DNA from: Glaucostegus cemiculus
Lineage: Eukaryota
DNA length: 64,000 bases
Assembly: GCA_976551045.1 (NCBI GenBank)
Contig: CDPCPM010000044.1
Coordinates: 2,356,001-2,420,000, forward strand
Direction: 5' to 3'
Positions 29,401 through 41,400 of this stretch are shown one piece after another. The position numbers and the translations under genes are program-made. A model generated the notes under the pieces. It was given only the letters and a program-made list of their open reading frames with translations, ran no database searches and was not told where the DNA came from. Each line of letters begins with the position of its first letter. Position 1 is the first letter of the stretch.

Positions 29401-32400
29401 GAAAGAGCAATAGGGCTGGTGAGTAGGAGGGCCAAGGTTGGGTAAGTTTGCCCACCAGGCTCGGGGCTGGGGCTGCAGGTGGGGTGATCAGGTCACTGAG
29501 AAGACCATAAGACATAGGAGCAGAATCAGGCCATTCGGCCCTTCAATTCTGCTCTGCCATTCAATCATGACTGATTTATTTTCCCTTCTCATTCCTATTC
29601 TGCTGCCTTCTTCCTGTAACTTTTGATGCCCTTGCTAATCAAGAACCTATCAACCTCCGCTTTAAATATACTCAGGGACTTGGCCTCCACTGCCGTCTGT
29701 GGCAATGAATTCCACAGATTCACCATGCTCTGGCTGAAGAAATTCCTCTTCATCTCTGTTCTTAAAGGGATGTCCTTCCATTCTGAGGCTGTGCCCTCTG
29801 GTCCTAAACTCTCCCACAACTGGAAACATCCTCTTCAAATCCACTCTATCCAGGCCTTTCAATATTCGGTGGATTTCAATGAGATTCCCCCCTCATCCTT
29901 CTAAACTCCAGCGAGTACATGCCCAGAGCCATCAAATGCTCCTCATATGTTAACCCTTTCATTCCTGGTATCATTCTTGTTAACCTCCTCTGGACCCTCT
30001 CCAATGCCAGCACATCCTTCCTTAGATTATGGGGCCCAAAACTACTCACAATACTCCAGAAGTGGTCTGACCAATGCCTTATAAAGCCTCAGCATTACAT
30101 CTTTGGTTTTCTATTCTAGTCCTCTTGAAATGAATGCTAACACTGCATTTCCCTTCTTTACTACCGATTCAGCCTGCAAGTCTATGCCTTTATTTCTTCT
30201 ACCAAAGTGCATGACTGTAAACTTTCATATGGTGTATTCCATCTGCCACCTCTTTGCTCATTCTCCCAACCTGTCCAAGTCCTTCTGCAGACTCCCTGCT
30301 CCCTCAACACTACCTGCCCCTCCATCTATCTTTGTATCATCCCCAAACTTGGCCACAAAGCCATCAACATCCAGATCATTAACATATAAATGAAAAGTAG
30401 CAGACCCAACACCAACCCCTGCGTAATACCACCAGTCACCAGCAGCCAACCAGTAAAGGCCTCTTTATTCCCACTCTTTGCTTTCTGCCAGTCACCCAAT
30501 CTTCTATCCATGCTAGTACCTTTCCTGTAATACCATGGGCTCCCATCTTGTTTAGAGGCCTCATGTCAAAGGCCTTCTGAAAATCCAAGTAAACAACATC
30601 CACTGACTCTCCTTTGTCTATCCTATCTGTTACTTCCCCAAAGAATTCCTTCAGATTTGTCAGGCAAGATCTCCCCTTAAGGAAGCCATGCTGACTTCAG
30701 CCTATTTTATCATGTGCTTCCAAGTACCCCGAAACCTCATCCTTAATAATGGACTCAAACACCTTACCAACCACTGAAGTCAGGCTAACCGGCCTATAAT
30801 TTTCTGTCTTTTGCCTCCCTCCCTTCTTAAAGAGTGGAGTGACATTTGTGACTTTCCAGTCCTCCAGAACCATTCCTGACTCCAGTGATTCTTGAAAGAT
30901 CACTACTAATGCCTCCACAAACTCTTCAGCTGCCTCTTTCAGAACCCTGGGGTGTAGTCCATCCGGTCCAGGTGACTTATTTGCCTTCAGTCCTTTCAGT
31001 TTCCCAAGCACCTTCTCCTTAGTAATAACGACTACATTCACTTCTGCCCCCTGACTCTCTCAAATTTCTGGCATGTTGCTGGTGTCTTCCACAGGGAAGG
31101 CACAGGATCATAGCCTTAGGGAACTGAAGGATTGAGGCTTTATAGAATTGATTTCCTGATCAATTCTGTTAAAGAAGCTTTGCCTAAGGAATGAAAATAA
31201 TTTGATGTGTGTCTGATGCTGAAGTTGGGTCAGTCACAACAGTGTGATTCTTCCTTGGATATGTCTTGTTGAGTTTCTGGGCTGTTGCAAAACATCCTGG
31301 AAATATTTATTCACACATTTATCTCTGAAAATTAGCATTTTCAATTGTACGACACTGAAACTACACTACACAATCAAATTTCTAGGCCAGTGTCTTTAAG
31401 TTTCTGTTATTAATTTGCTGAACTTTTTTTCTAACATCACATTTGTTTTGCTTGTTTTGTAGATACACCCCATTATGATAAGCTAGGAGTGGTTTGTTTC
31501 CAAGAACTCTATAATAATGAGGTTGAAGGTTGAAACTGAAGTGTGTTTGTTTGAATTCTTAGGTTTTTTTATTGCTTATCACTGGGTGGGTTCACTGTCT
31601 TATTCCATTTCATTGATCCACCTGTTGAAACCAGCGCTGTTCACAAGCAAGCAAAAACATCTCATACATTTTAGTGGGAAGGTTTCAGCATTCTAGAAGT
31701 TAATGAGAATGAATGATGGCAATGAATGTCAAGAAGTTTCCTATGTGCTCAAGATAAAATCAAATTGTAAGCACATTCTTTATAAACACGTTTACAATAT
31801 AGTTGTATCTGCTGCACTGAGGAAGTCATGTGTTTGTTTCACAGAACCAGCTGTAATAGGTAGGATATCCTGGATTTAAACCAGTCCATTGCGCACTTAA
31901 TTTTAGGATAATTAACTGTAGTGTTATATAACTTCATTTATTCCCTGTTTTTTATATATAATTCCATGTATGAGTCTTTTTTTGTCTGTGATTCATAGTT
32001 AATACACAAGTGAATCAGGAGTTCCCATCTTCATTGTGTGACGTTGTTTATGATCATTAACCATCATGCACTAAAATCGTGTTCCTCTTACCCACCCCTC
32101 TAATGACACAAATTATGCAGGGTGCATCTGGCTTAGATGGACAGCCAGGACAGCGGGTGAGTGAGTCACATTTGTACTTTGTCCCTCCTTTCGACTATCT
32201 CCTTTCTGCTTGGTGCTGGCAGTCCACTAGAGTCGGTAAACGCTCTGCGCTTATAATCCCCTCCTTCATACTCATTCCACTCTCTGTGCATGCATCACTC
32301 ACAGTTCAGTGTCAGACACTAGCAAGTCCCTTTGACTAATCTGCCTTTACTCACTATCCATACTGTCCAACATTGCTCCGAGATAAAGTGAGAAAGGGAA

Positions 32401-35400
32401 ACAGTGCTCATGTTGTAAATCCTCTGAGCTTTGTACGTTGTCAAAGCCATGTCAGGGCAGTTCAACCCATGAAAATACACTATGCTCCAAACAAATTAAG
32501 AATGGATCCAAGGAGAAAAAAACTGAAGCATTTTCATTTTACCAAATGCAAGTGTGTGTTTTCAAATTCGTGCCTCTGTGGATTCCCACCAGATTTGGGT
32601 GGGTGGTAGCTATTATCATTGTCCAAAAAAAATCATGGGTGCCCCATAATAGAATCTTTGCAAGGTCTCTGCTCTGCCGTTAAATTATGTTTTGAACAAA
32701 TGAACCAATGAAAAAAGCCAGGATTTGAATTCTGAATTTGTGAAGGCCTCTCTTCTATAATTGATCAAGTTGGCACCAGTCACGAGTGGAGCAGTCACAA
32801 GGTGAAGTTGCTGACCAGTGCTGTTGTCAGTCAGTTTAGTGGATGTTGCATCTGCAAGGTGGTTCTCTGATCATCTTCATTATGAAGGTATTTAGACAAA
32901 CAATGCATGCATCAGGCACTCACAATGCATGCATCAGGCACTCACAATGCATGCATCAGGCACTCACAAGTTGAGGAAGTGATAAAGAAAGCAATGGAAA
33001 TGTGAAGAGGCCATCTGGTGCCCTACCATCTCTGCTTGTTTGGAGACATTCTTGTGCTATTAATAGGACAGAACTCTTGAGGTAGTTTTCATGGAAGTGA
33101 GCAGGTTGATTTTCTCATCCACCAGAGATGACAAGTCTGTTGGTCTTTCAGTAGGTTGAGAGGACATTTACCACAACTAACTGTTCTCTTTGCCTTCAAA
33201 GGGTATGGATGGTGCATTGGGACCCGCAGGTCCAGCAGGTCCAAAGGGAGATAGAGTAAGTTGACCAAATATTTACAATGCCTTGTGTAAATTAGTAAGG
33301 AGTATGTAATATACAATGAGAAATACAGTGCTAGAAATGATTCACTCAGATGTTGACGAGAGTTGCACAGGTGATATTAACATTTCCACGACTACTGCTC
33401 TGTTCTGATCTTCTATATTATTTGCTCTTTTGGGATTTTCCCCTTTTTTTGTTCCTCCCTTGCCCCTCGCTGACAACCAACTTCACATCTGGACCCAGAT
33501 GAGGTTCTATATTTGAAAGAGTCGGGCAGCCCCCTTATCATCCTTTAATCTTTCCTTCCATTATTCAGACATCCAACCAATATTTAAGATCACAACTGAC
33601 TTTGCCACCTCAGGTGCCTTTATCACTCTATAACCGCAGTCACTGACAAGCATATTAAATCATGTCTTTGTATTCTCCTCCATTCCCATCCCCCCCCTCA
33701 CCCCCAGCTCTCATTCTAACCATGGCCATTCCCAGTAAAAGCTCTCCATACCCAGTCATTTCTATACATTCAATATCACAATGATTTGCTCTGCATTTGT
33801 CATACATCTGTAACTTCCAATCTGTTTAACCAAGACGTCGGTTCTACCTATGGTCCTAACTCCTTCTGAAACTATTGGTCTCCCTCACCCTGGCTGAGCT
33901 CCTGGCACAACAGTCATTAACCCCACCCTTCAATCCCAGGGACAGGGAGTTGAATGGATATGGCAGATGGCTGCGTCAGTCAGTCACTGCTAGATCTAGT
34001 CAGACAACAGAAAGCAATTTCAGGTCTACTGATGACATTTCCTCATTATTCCAAGAAGATGATGGAAAAGTAAGTTTAACCTCTAGCTTCTTTTTTCTAT
34101 TGTAACTGAAATCTTTATCTCCCTTTAGCAAGTGTGAGGATCTCATGGGCTTCATGAGATTGAGACCATCTAGCACATTCTTCTGCCGCTTCTCTCCCTT
34201 CCCCTAACCCAGGAAGCTAAACTCCTCGTCTTCCAGGTGTTGTTCATCAATTGAGGGTCAGCAGGAGGTCCTTTTTGCCCATGATTGACCTGATACCATG
34301 TGACTTCATGGGGTCCGGAGTCAACGTTGGGGACTCCCGGGCTACTCCCTCCTGCATGTGTACCACCTTTGCTGGGTCTGTCCTCTGAACTGCTGGTGGA
34401 ACAGGACATAGCCAGGGAATGTGATGGAAGAGTCTGGTACATTGAATATAATGCAAGATCCTTTCAGTGTAATAAAGTCAGGTTGCTGCTTGACTAGTCC
34501 ATGGGATACATCTTTCAATTTAGACACCTGTCGTCAGGTGGTTGTGTGGAGGACTTTGCAAGGTTAATTAGGCTGGAAGCGACGTTGCAATGTCCACATT
34601 TGAACCAGCTTGATGCTGGGTGGTCCATCTGATTTTATTCTTTCTCAGAATAACTACTGACTTTGAAATATATTGCTATTCCTTCACTAAAAAATGATTT
34701 TTAATTAAGTAAGTAAGTAAATTTTTAATGTAAAATCTTTTAAAATATGTCTGCTTTTGGCTGTGCACCTAAAAAAGGCCCAATTTGATGACTCCTGAGA
34801 CAGCACCAAACAGAAGCAACTGGGACAACCATGGTATGCTCAGTCCTTCAGGCAGGGGACATGGCTCTGGGCAGGGCCAGGCTCCACCAGAATGAGTTAT
34901 TTTACCATAGTTCATAATCACAGAAACTTTGTTTATGCTCAAAATAATTTCTGTTTAAAATTCCATAATTGTTAGGCTAATGTCTGGCAGGTTTCACCCG
35001 TAGAAGTCTCTCAGGCCATGATGTATAATTTGGCCTTTCTAAAGAGTACAGGAACAGCACTATATGCTGTAACAACAAAGTGATTTAGTTACATAATCTC
35101 CAAAGCTCTAACTGTTTGCACTATATTGCATGCATTGTACCCTTAACCCACATAAATTCTAATACAAAGATGATGGATGAAATTAAATTTATGAAGTATT
35201 AATTTATACAAATGGATTATACCTCAAAAATGGATGGATTTCATGAATGTGCATCAGATTAAAGGAATTTTCATAGCTGATGACATCAAAAGCAAATAGT
35301 CTCGTGTATTTCATATTCAATGCAGTGGATTGTCCTTACAATAGGAAAATTAGTGAACTTCATTTGCTGCATTATTTTTATGAATACAAAGTGCTCAGTC

Positions 35401-38400
35401 GAATTTCTTTCTAACATTGAAAGTGGCAGTTGTACATTTGGAAAGGACAGAGCCCCAGTGCAGGTGGAGATTGAAAAACTGCAGTGGTGAACCCAGGGTT
35501 TTCCTCACTTGCAGGAAGCCAGATACCTCACCCAGTGGAAGACTCAGGTGTATGCTTGAATCACTGCTGTACTCTTATTTTCACAAAACATTCTCTTTAG
35601 GTCGTAGCTTCTATATCATGTAAAGTCTTGTCCAAGATGACAGAGTGTAAAAACCTAATTATCTCAAAATTCTGATCTAGTATGAACTATAATCGTAACC
35701 AAAGGATACACGACTTCAAGGTTATACTAACTCCTGTAGTGTATGTACAACATCCCAACATATCTACTCTCAAACATTTGGACCGCCTTCTGCAATGCTG
35801 AAATGTTGTGATAGACCCTCCAAGTATTGAGAATATTATAAGAAACAGGCAGACCGTCCCCATCGATGATTTTCATTTCAGCTCTTTAGTGCCAATAAGC
35901 ATTGTGGTTTGCTGATAAGCTCTGTGCATGCACTTTCTAAGCTTTGCTGCACTTGTCAGTTCCCAGCTCTATCACACCAAAAGGTACCAAAAGCATATAC
36001 TAATGCTTGCTTTTTTTATAACTGTACATTTATATATTAAAATTATTGTCATTTCAGGGCGAAAAAGGAGCTATTGGTGACCCTGGGCCAAGAGGACCTA
36101 CGGGTTTGCCTGTAAGTAAACGTAGTGCCAGTATATGTAACTAAGAGGAAATAAACATCAAGTTGTACAGTGTAACCAATGTCACAATTACAAGTGGCTG
36201 CGAATGAATTCAAGGCCGTTTTATCTGCTTCTGTGGCTTGTCATTGTGCTTTAACAATCATGACAGGTGTCAAAGCTTGGAGTCGTTTTGGTTCATCTGA
36301 GCTCTGACAGTAAATCACAGAGGCAAGCTCACTGTTGCCATAATGTACACTGACTAAACTGGAAGTTTGCCAATTACTGAAAGATAAAAGAGGCTTTGCT
36401 TACACTGATTGACAGATTGACAGTGCTGTGTTATGAGCACTACAGACAACTGACCAGAGGATAAGATCAGAGAGTTCTTTACAGTTTTAACACAAAATGG
36501 ATATTAAATAGCCTGACACATTTTATGAACATAGTTATACTCAGGTGTGAACTAATTCCACATGGCAATATAAAGCCAAGTTTTAGTAGCTGAAAGATTT
36601 TGAACTTTGAGCTAACTCCCTTGATGCTTAAATAGAAAGAAAGACTTACATCCATAAAGCAACTTTCACAATATCCCACAGAGTTTGCAGACTAATGAGG
36701 TACTTTTGAAGTGTAGTCACTGTGATGATGTAAGAAACACAGCAGCCAGTTTGGATATAGTAAGATCCCACAAAAGCAAGACGATAATGACCAAATCACA
36801 TGTTCAATAACATAATATTGACCAAGACAGCATAGATAACTTCCCAGCTCTTCCTCAAAACACTGCCTTGGAATCTTTGACATCAACCTGAGAGAGGTGA
36901 TGGAGCCTCAGCGTAACATGGAAGTGTGACTGGAACATACAGATTGTTAAGGTGAGGCTATAGTGAAATTTTAGTCATACACAAGAAATCTTAATTTGAA
37001 CTATAAACCTCAAGGGGCTCAATGTTACGCTATTAGCAACAGAACTTTCTGGAGCAAGAATTTCTGCTAAAATAGAGGAAAAGGCTGAAGTGTAAAGCTG
37101 CAGCTGAGTTAAATTCCAGGAACTTCACGTAATGTTGAGTGACATGTTGAAGTTGTACAAAACTTTGTTCAGTCCATGGTAACAATTTTTCATTTATGTG
37201 CTGAAAGTGACTGTGGTAGGTAGATTGTGTGGCAGATTTTCCTGTTTGAGATCAACTTAAGCAAGGAATTTTGGAAGGAAGAATTTAAAAATAGTGAGAA
37301 TAGATTTTAATCAGCACTGCTGTTCCAAAGATGCAGTAAAGAGGATAAAGACAGAAGATCCATCATTATTATATTTCCCTGGGCTCCTCCACACTGTATT
37401 TGTGGGCCTGAAATGAGAAAAAACATCCACTGAAGTCTTCCCCTCTGTTGCAGGCTACCATTAACATTGTTGGTGTTGCATGTGAGCTCCAACATATGCA
37501 AGAACCAAGTGGAGTTCTATGCTGCATTGTGTAGATGTGTCATCATACACACTGCATCAAGCCAAATAATGCCCAAGTCCTGGAGCCAATCATAAAGTCT
37601 TCCTTCTCTGGCAATTCACTCTACTGCACAAATTTAAGCTACAACAAACCAGGTGGCTGCTGACCATTGTCCATGATCCTCAAATCATATAATCACCAAC
37701 CCAGTGATGCCCAATGCTAATTTCTTGGAATAAGGCCATGTAGTCGTGCTTGATCCCTGCCACTTAGTTGCTACACCACCTGGTCCTACAAAAGAATGAG
37801 AAGTGTGTCAGTGAGCAATGTGTCTGGGTGGCTGCCTGTCATGGTTGAGTAGCTGGATAGGTATGCAAGCTATGAAATGTGGGTGTGGGGCTTGCAACAG
37901 CGTTAATTGAGTGTGGCTACAGTGGAGCATTAGAATACTCAGAATAAGTTCTGATTGACAGAGATTTTTGATAAGTGAGTGAAGAGGTGTGATGGATAAA
38001 ACACTGTCTGAAGCTTGTGGTACATTTGGTATGATACTGCATTTGAAGAAATATTCATTCATGTGAGGTGTTGAACCTTTTGAGGTATTGCATCCAAGTC
38101 ACCCAGCTCTGGATTCATGGTATTTTCTGTTCCCACTGTCTCTGTAATTTATCAGGGAGGAGTGGGGCAGGAGTCTCTTGGCCCCTACAGATAGAGCAAT
38201 CCCTCTGTCTCTTGCACCAATGCATCCTTCATGTTGTTGGAGATCCTGGAGCCTGATCTCACCTCAGTACTACTTTCCTTCAGTGTCTCCAGGGACAGAC
38301 CAAGCCCCAGAATACCTGCCAACACCTGCCATAGCCACAAGGGGGTTCACCTTTTAAGCCCTGCAGTTCGTTTGCAGTGAAACAGGTTAGCTTAACGTTG

Positions 38401-41400
38401 CTTGGCTCTGGCCTCTCGCTGAGTTGCACTGTTGATGAACAGTGTACCACGCGCAGGCTGTGTGCAGCCATCATGCAAGTGAGCAGCCAAAAGATATTGG
38501 CACTCTCCATCAGAGGCAGCAAGCCCAGAGTAACCTTGGACTATGATCATTGTAACTGTTTCTGAAGCAATTCAATTTGGCTCCCAGTGGCCCTTATATT
38601 GGAACATGCCCACTGCAATTTAAGAATGGAAATTCACCAGGACAGAAATTGTAACCAGCCTCTAAAATGTCCCTGGCAGTTTTGTGCAAAGTCCCCTGAA
38701 GGTTATCATTCTGTTGTCAACACCCTAAAGCATAGAAATGCACATGGAAATATGGGCAGGAGCAGGTCATCAGCCCTTTGAGCCTTCTTCACCATTCAAT
38801 ATAATTGTGGCTGATCATCCAAGTTCAGTACCCCCACTCCTCCCCTTCCCTAACAACAGTACCTAACTCCCTTTTGAATATACTTATTGAGTTGGTTTCA
38901 ACTGCTTTCCATGGTTGAGAACACCACAGCATCACCACTCTCTTGAATATAAGCCAATTGGCCCAATCTCTCTCCATGCATAAACCCTGCCATCCCTGGA
39001 ATCAGTCCAGTGAACCTTCTCCAAACACCTCCAATAGAATGAACATCCTTCCTAAAATAGGGAACTCAAACCTACACACAAAAAGTCAAGATGCCTCACC
39101 ACTCGAACCCGCTTGCTATGAATGAAAATATTACCAGTTGCCTTCTTAACCACTCACTGCACCTACATGCTTAGGAAAAGGGAAGACGCAGCAAGGTCTC
39201 CCTGGTCTTGTTGTGTCTCCCCTTTCCCCCTGCCATCATCATTTAGTTAATAAACTACCTTCCTGTTATTACTACCAATCCATATTATCTGCCCACTCCC
39301 TCAACCCGCCCAAATCAACCTGGAACTTCAAGCACAACAGAACCATTCCTGGACTCTGGAACTCAGACATAGGCTCATCATCTGTGAGCTCCCACCAGTG
39401 AGGAGAAAGGAACGTGTGGAGGAACTCATTTGGGCAGCAGAATGGAGTGGGGGAGAAAATCACAGGGAAGCGATATAGAAAATGGTGAAGGGTGATGGTG
39501 GGGGGAGAGACTACAGTGGAGAAAGAGGATTGTGGTAGGAGATCAAAGGAGGATTATGGGAGGGAAAAAGTCAGTTGCAGGGGGTGGGAAGAGAGAATGG
39601 CAGCGAGGGAAATAGGGGATAGCTGTGGATGAGAGGAGAGAACTGTGGTCCGGGGAAGGGGTTGTGGGGGCCTGGAGAGAGAGGATACTGGAAAGTGGAG
39701 AGAGAGGAGTGATGAAGGCCAGTGGAGAGGACTATGTTGGGTGTGGAGAGATGATTGTGGGATGTGTGGGAGAGGATTGTTGAGGCAACAGGAGATGGGA
39801 AAGACGGGTAGGACATGAAGGAGAGGACTGTGGGGAATAGACAGCAGACTGGGTGGTGTAGAGAGGACTGTGGGACTGTGGGGATGGTGCAGGGAGGACT
39901 GTGGGGGTGTAGAGGAGACTGTGGAAGTTAATCCAGGAACACACCACAGTTGCAGTACCTTGATAGGCCTCTGAGTGTGACGATGGTTTCTTCCAGCTTT
40001 TGATCATATGTGCCAAATTTATAGCTCTGTGTTCTCTAAAACAGTAACCTCTGGCCCATTCCTATCACTGAGATATCTGTAGCTTTCTGCAGAGTCAGTA
40101 AGCTAATGAGTGTGCAAAATAAACTGTGAGCAATGGGCAGAGTGTGTTGAAGGGGGTGTGAAGTGGATTGTGTGAAGGGTTTCTGGGAATTAATCTTTCA
40201 TTGGACAAGTAAGTCCTGACAAAACTAAAGTTCCCTGTTTTCAATATTATTTTCACTTCTCAGTTCATATACTTGAAGCTGGACCTCAGTAAGGCAGTCT
40301 TGAAGCTAGTTAATTTTTGTAGAACTTTAGCATGGTGGTTCCAAGCCTAAACTATTAAAAGTTGGTGATATTAATGGATGAAACCATAAATTGCTCAAGT
40401 AACAGTACTCGTTCCATTACTGAACATTTATTAACCATTTACAGTCATTAACAGTCAAAACACTGGTCACTTATAAAAGCATTTTAAAATAAGCACAAAT
40501 AACTTTGAACACTTACTTCAGCAAATCGGTTTTTTCCTTTAGATGTTCTCCTTGTTCCTGGATACTCTGTACAATTTTATTATTTTGAAGTTATTATATA
40601 TGTTTGCAATGTCCTATTTTATTTAGTTTGACTTCTTTTTAAACTCTAATACGGTTTCTTTCTCCCCCTCAGAAATATCACAATTCATTTTTAATCATAG
40701 AAGCTATACTGGAAAACAGATAACACTTGATCGGCTGAAGTTCACATCCACATGGTTTTCCCATGATTCCAAACCTGAAGTAAAAAGACTGATGTCCCTG
40801 TTCCCATCATTTTCTGTCAGAGACCTGCTGCAGCCATCTAGCGGGTATCACATATCACTCTCACCAGCCTTCCAATAATCTGTGAAAACGGATTTGCCAG
40901 AGTTCATAAAACCCTCCCCATCTGTATTTCATTGAACTGTGCTTGCTGGTTGCTGGTGCTGCTGTGGTGAAAGTAACTGGGTACAGGCCAGTAGGGCATA
41001 CCAGTAGGAAACTGGCCTAAGTTATGTTTGAGATATGACTGTAACAGTAAGAATTTCAACCTACTTTCACTCCTGTGCTTCTACAATATCAAAAAAAAAT
41101 CAACAGCGAGGAACATTATTGTCTGAAATTGTTACTTTGTATCCAAATAATAAAAAAAGTTGCCCTCCAATCAGTCCCACAGCCACAACCTAATAAAATT
41201 GTTTCAGGTGCTGCTGTTTATTTGAGGGCAGCCGTAATGATCATTCATTCGAAGCAATACTAAATCTTAATACAACTTCACTATACACAGGAGAGTAATT
41301 CTCCATGATAGTTTACATGGCCAGAGAATTCTTGTGAGAACAGGCGACATAAATGCAATTTTCCTGAGCTTTTCCATGGCTCTCCTGCCGAGCCACAATG

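Noticed and set aside
32901-32969. Possible CRISPR-like array
   Set aside because: Units are directly adjacent with no spacers, there are no cas genes, and the context is vertebrate
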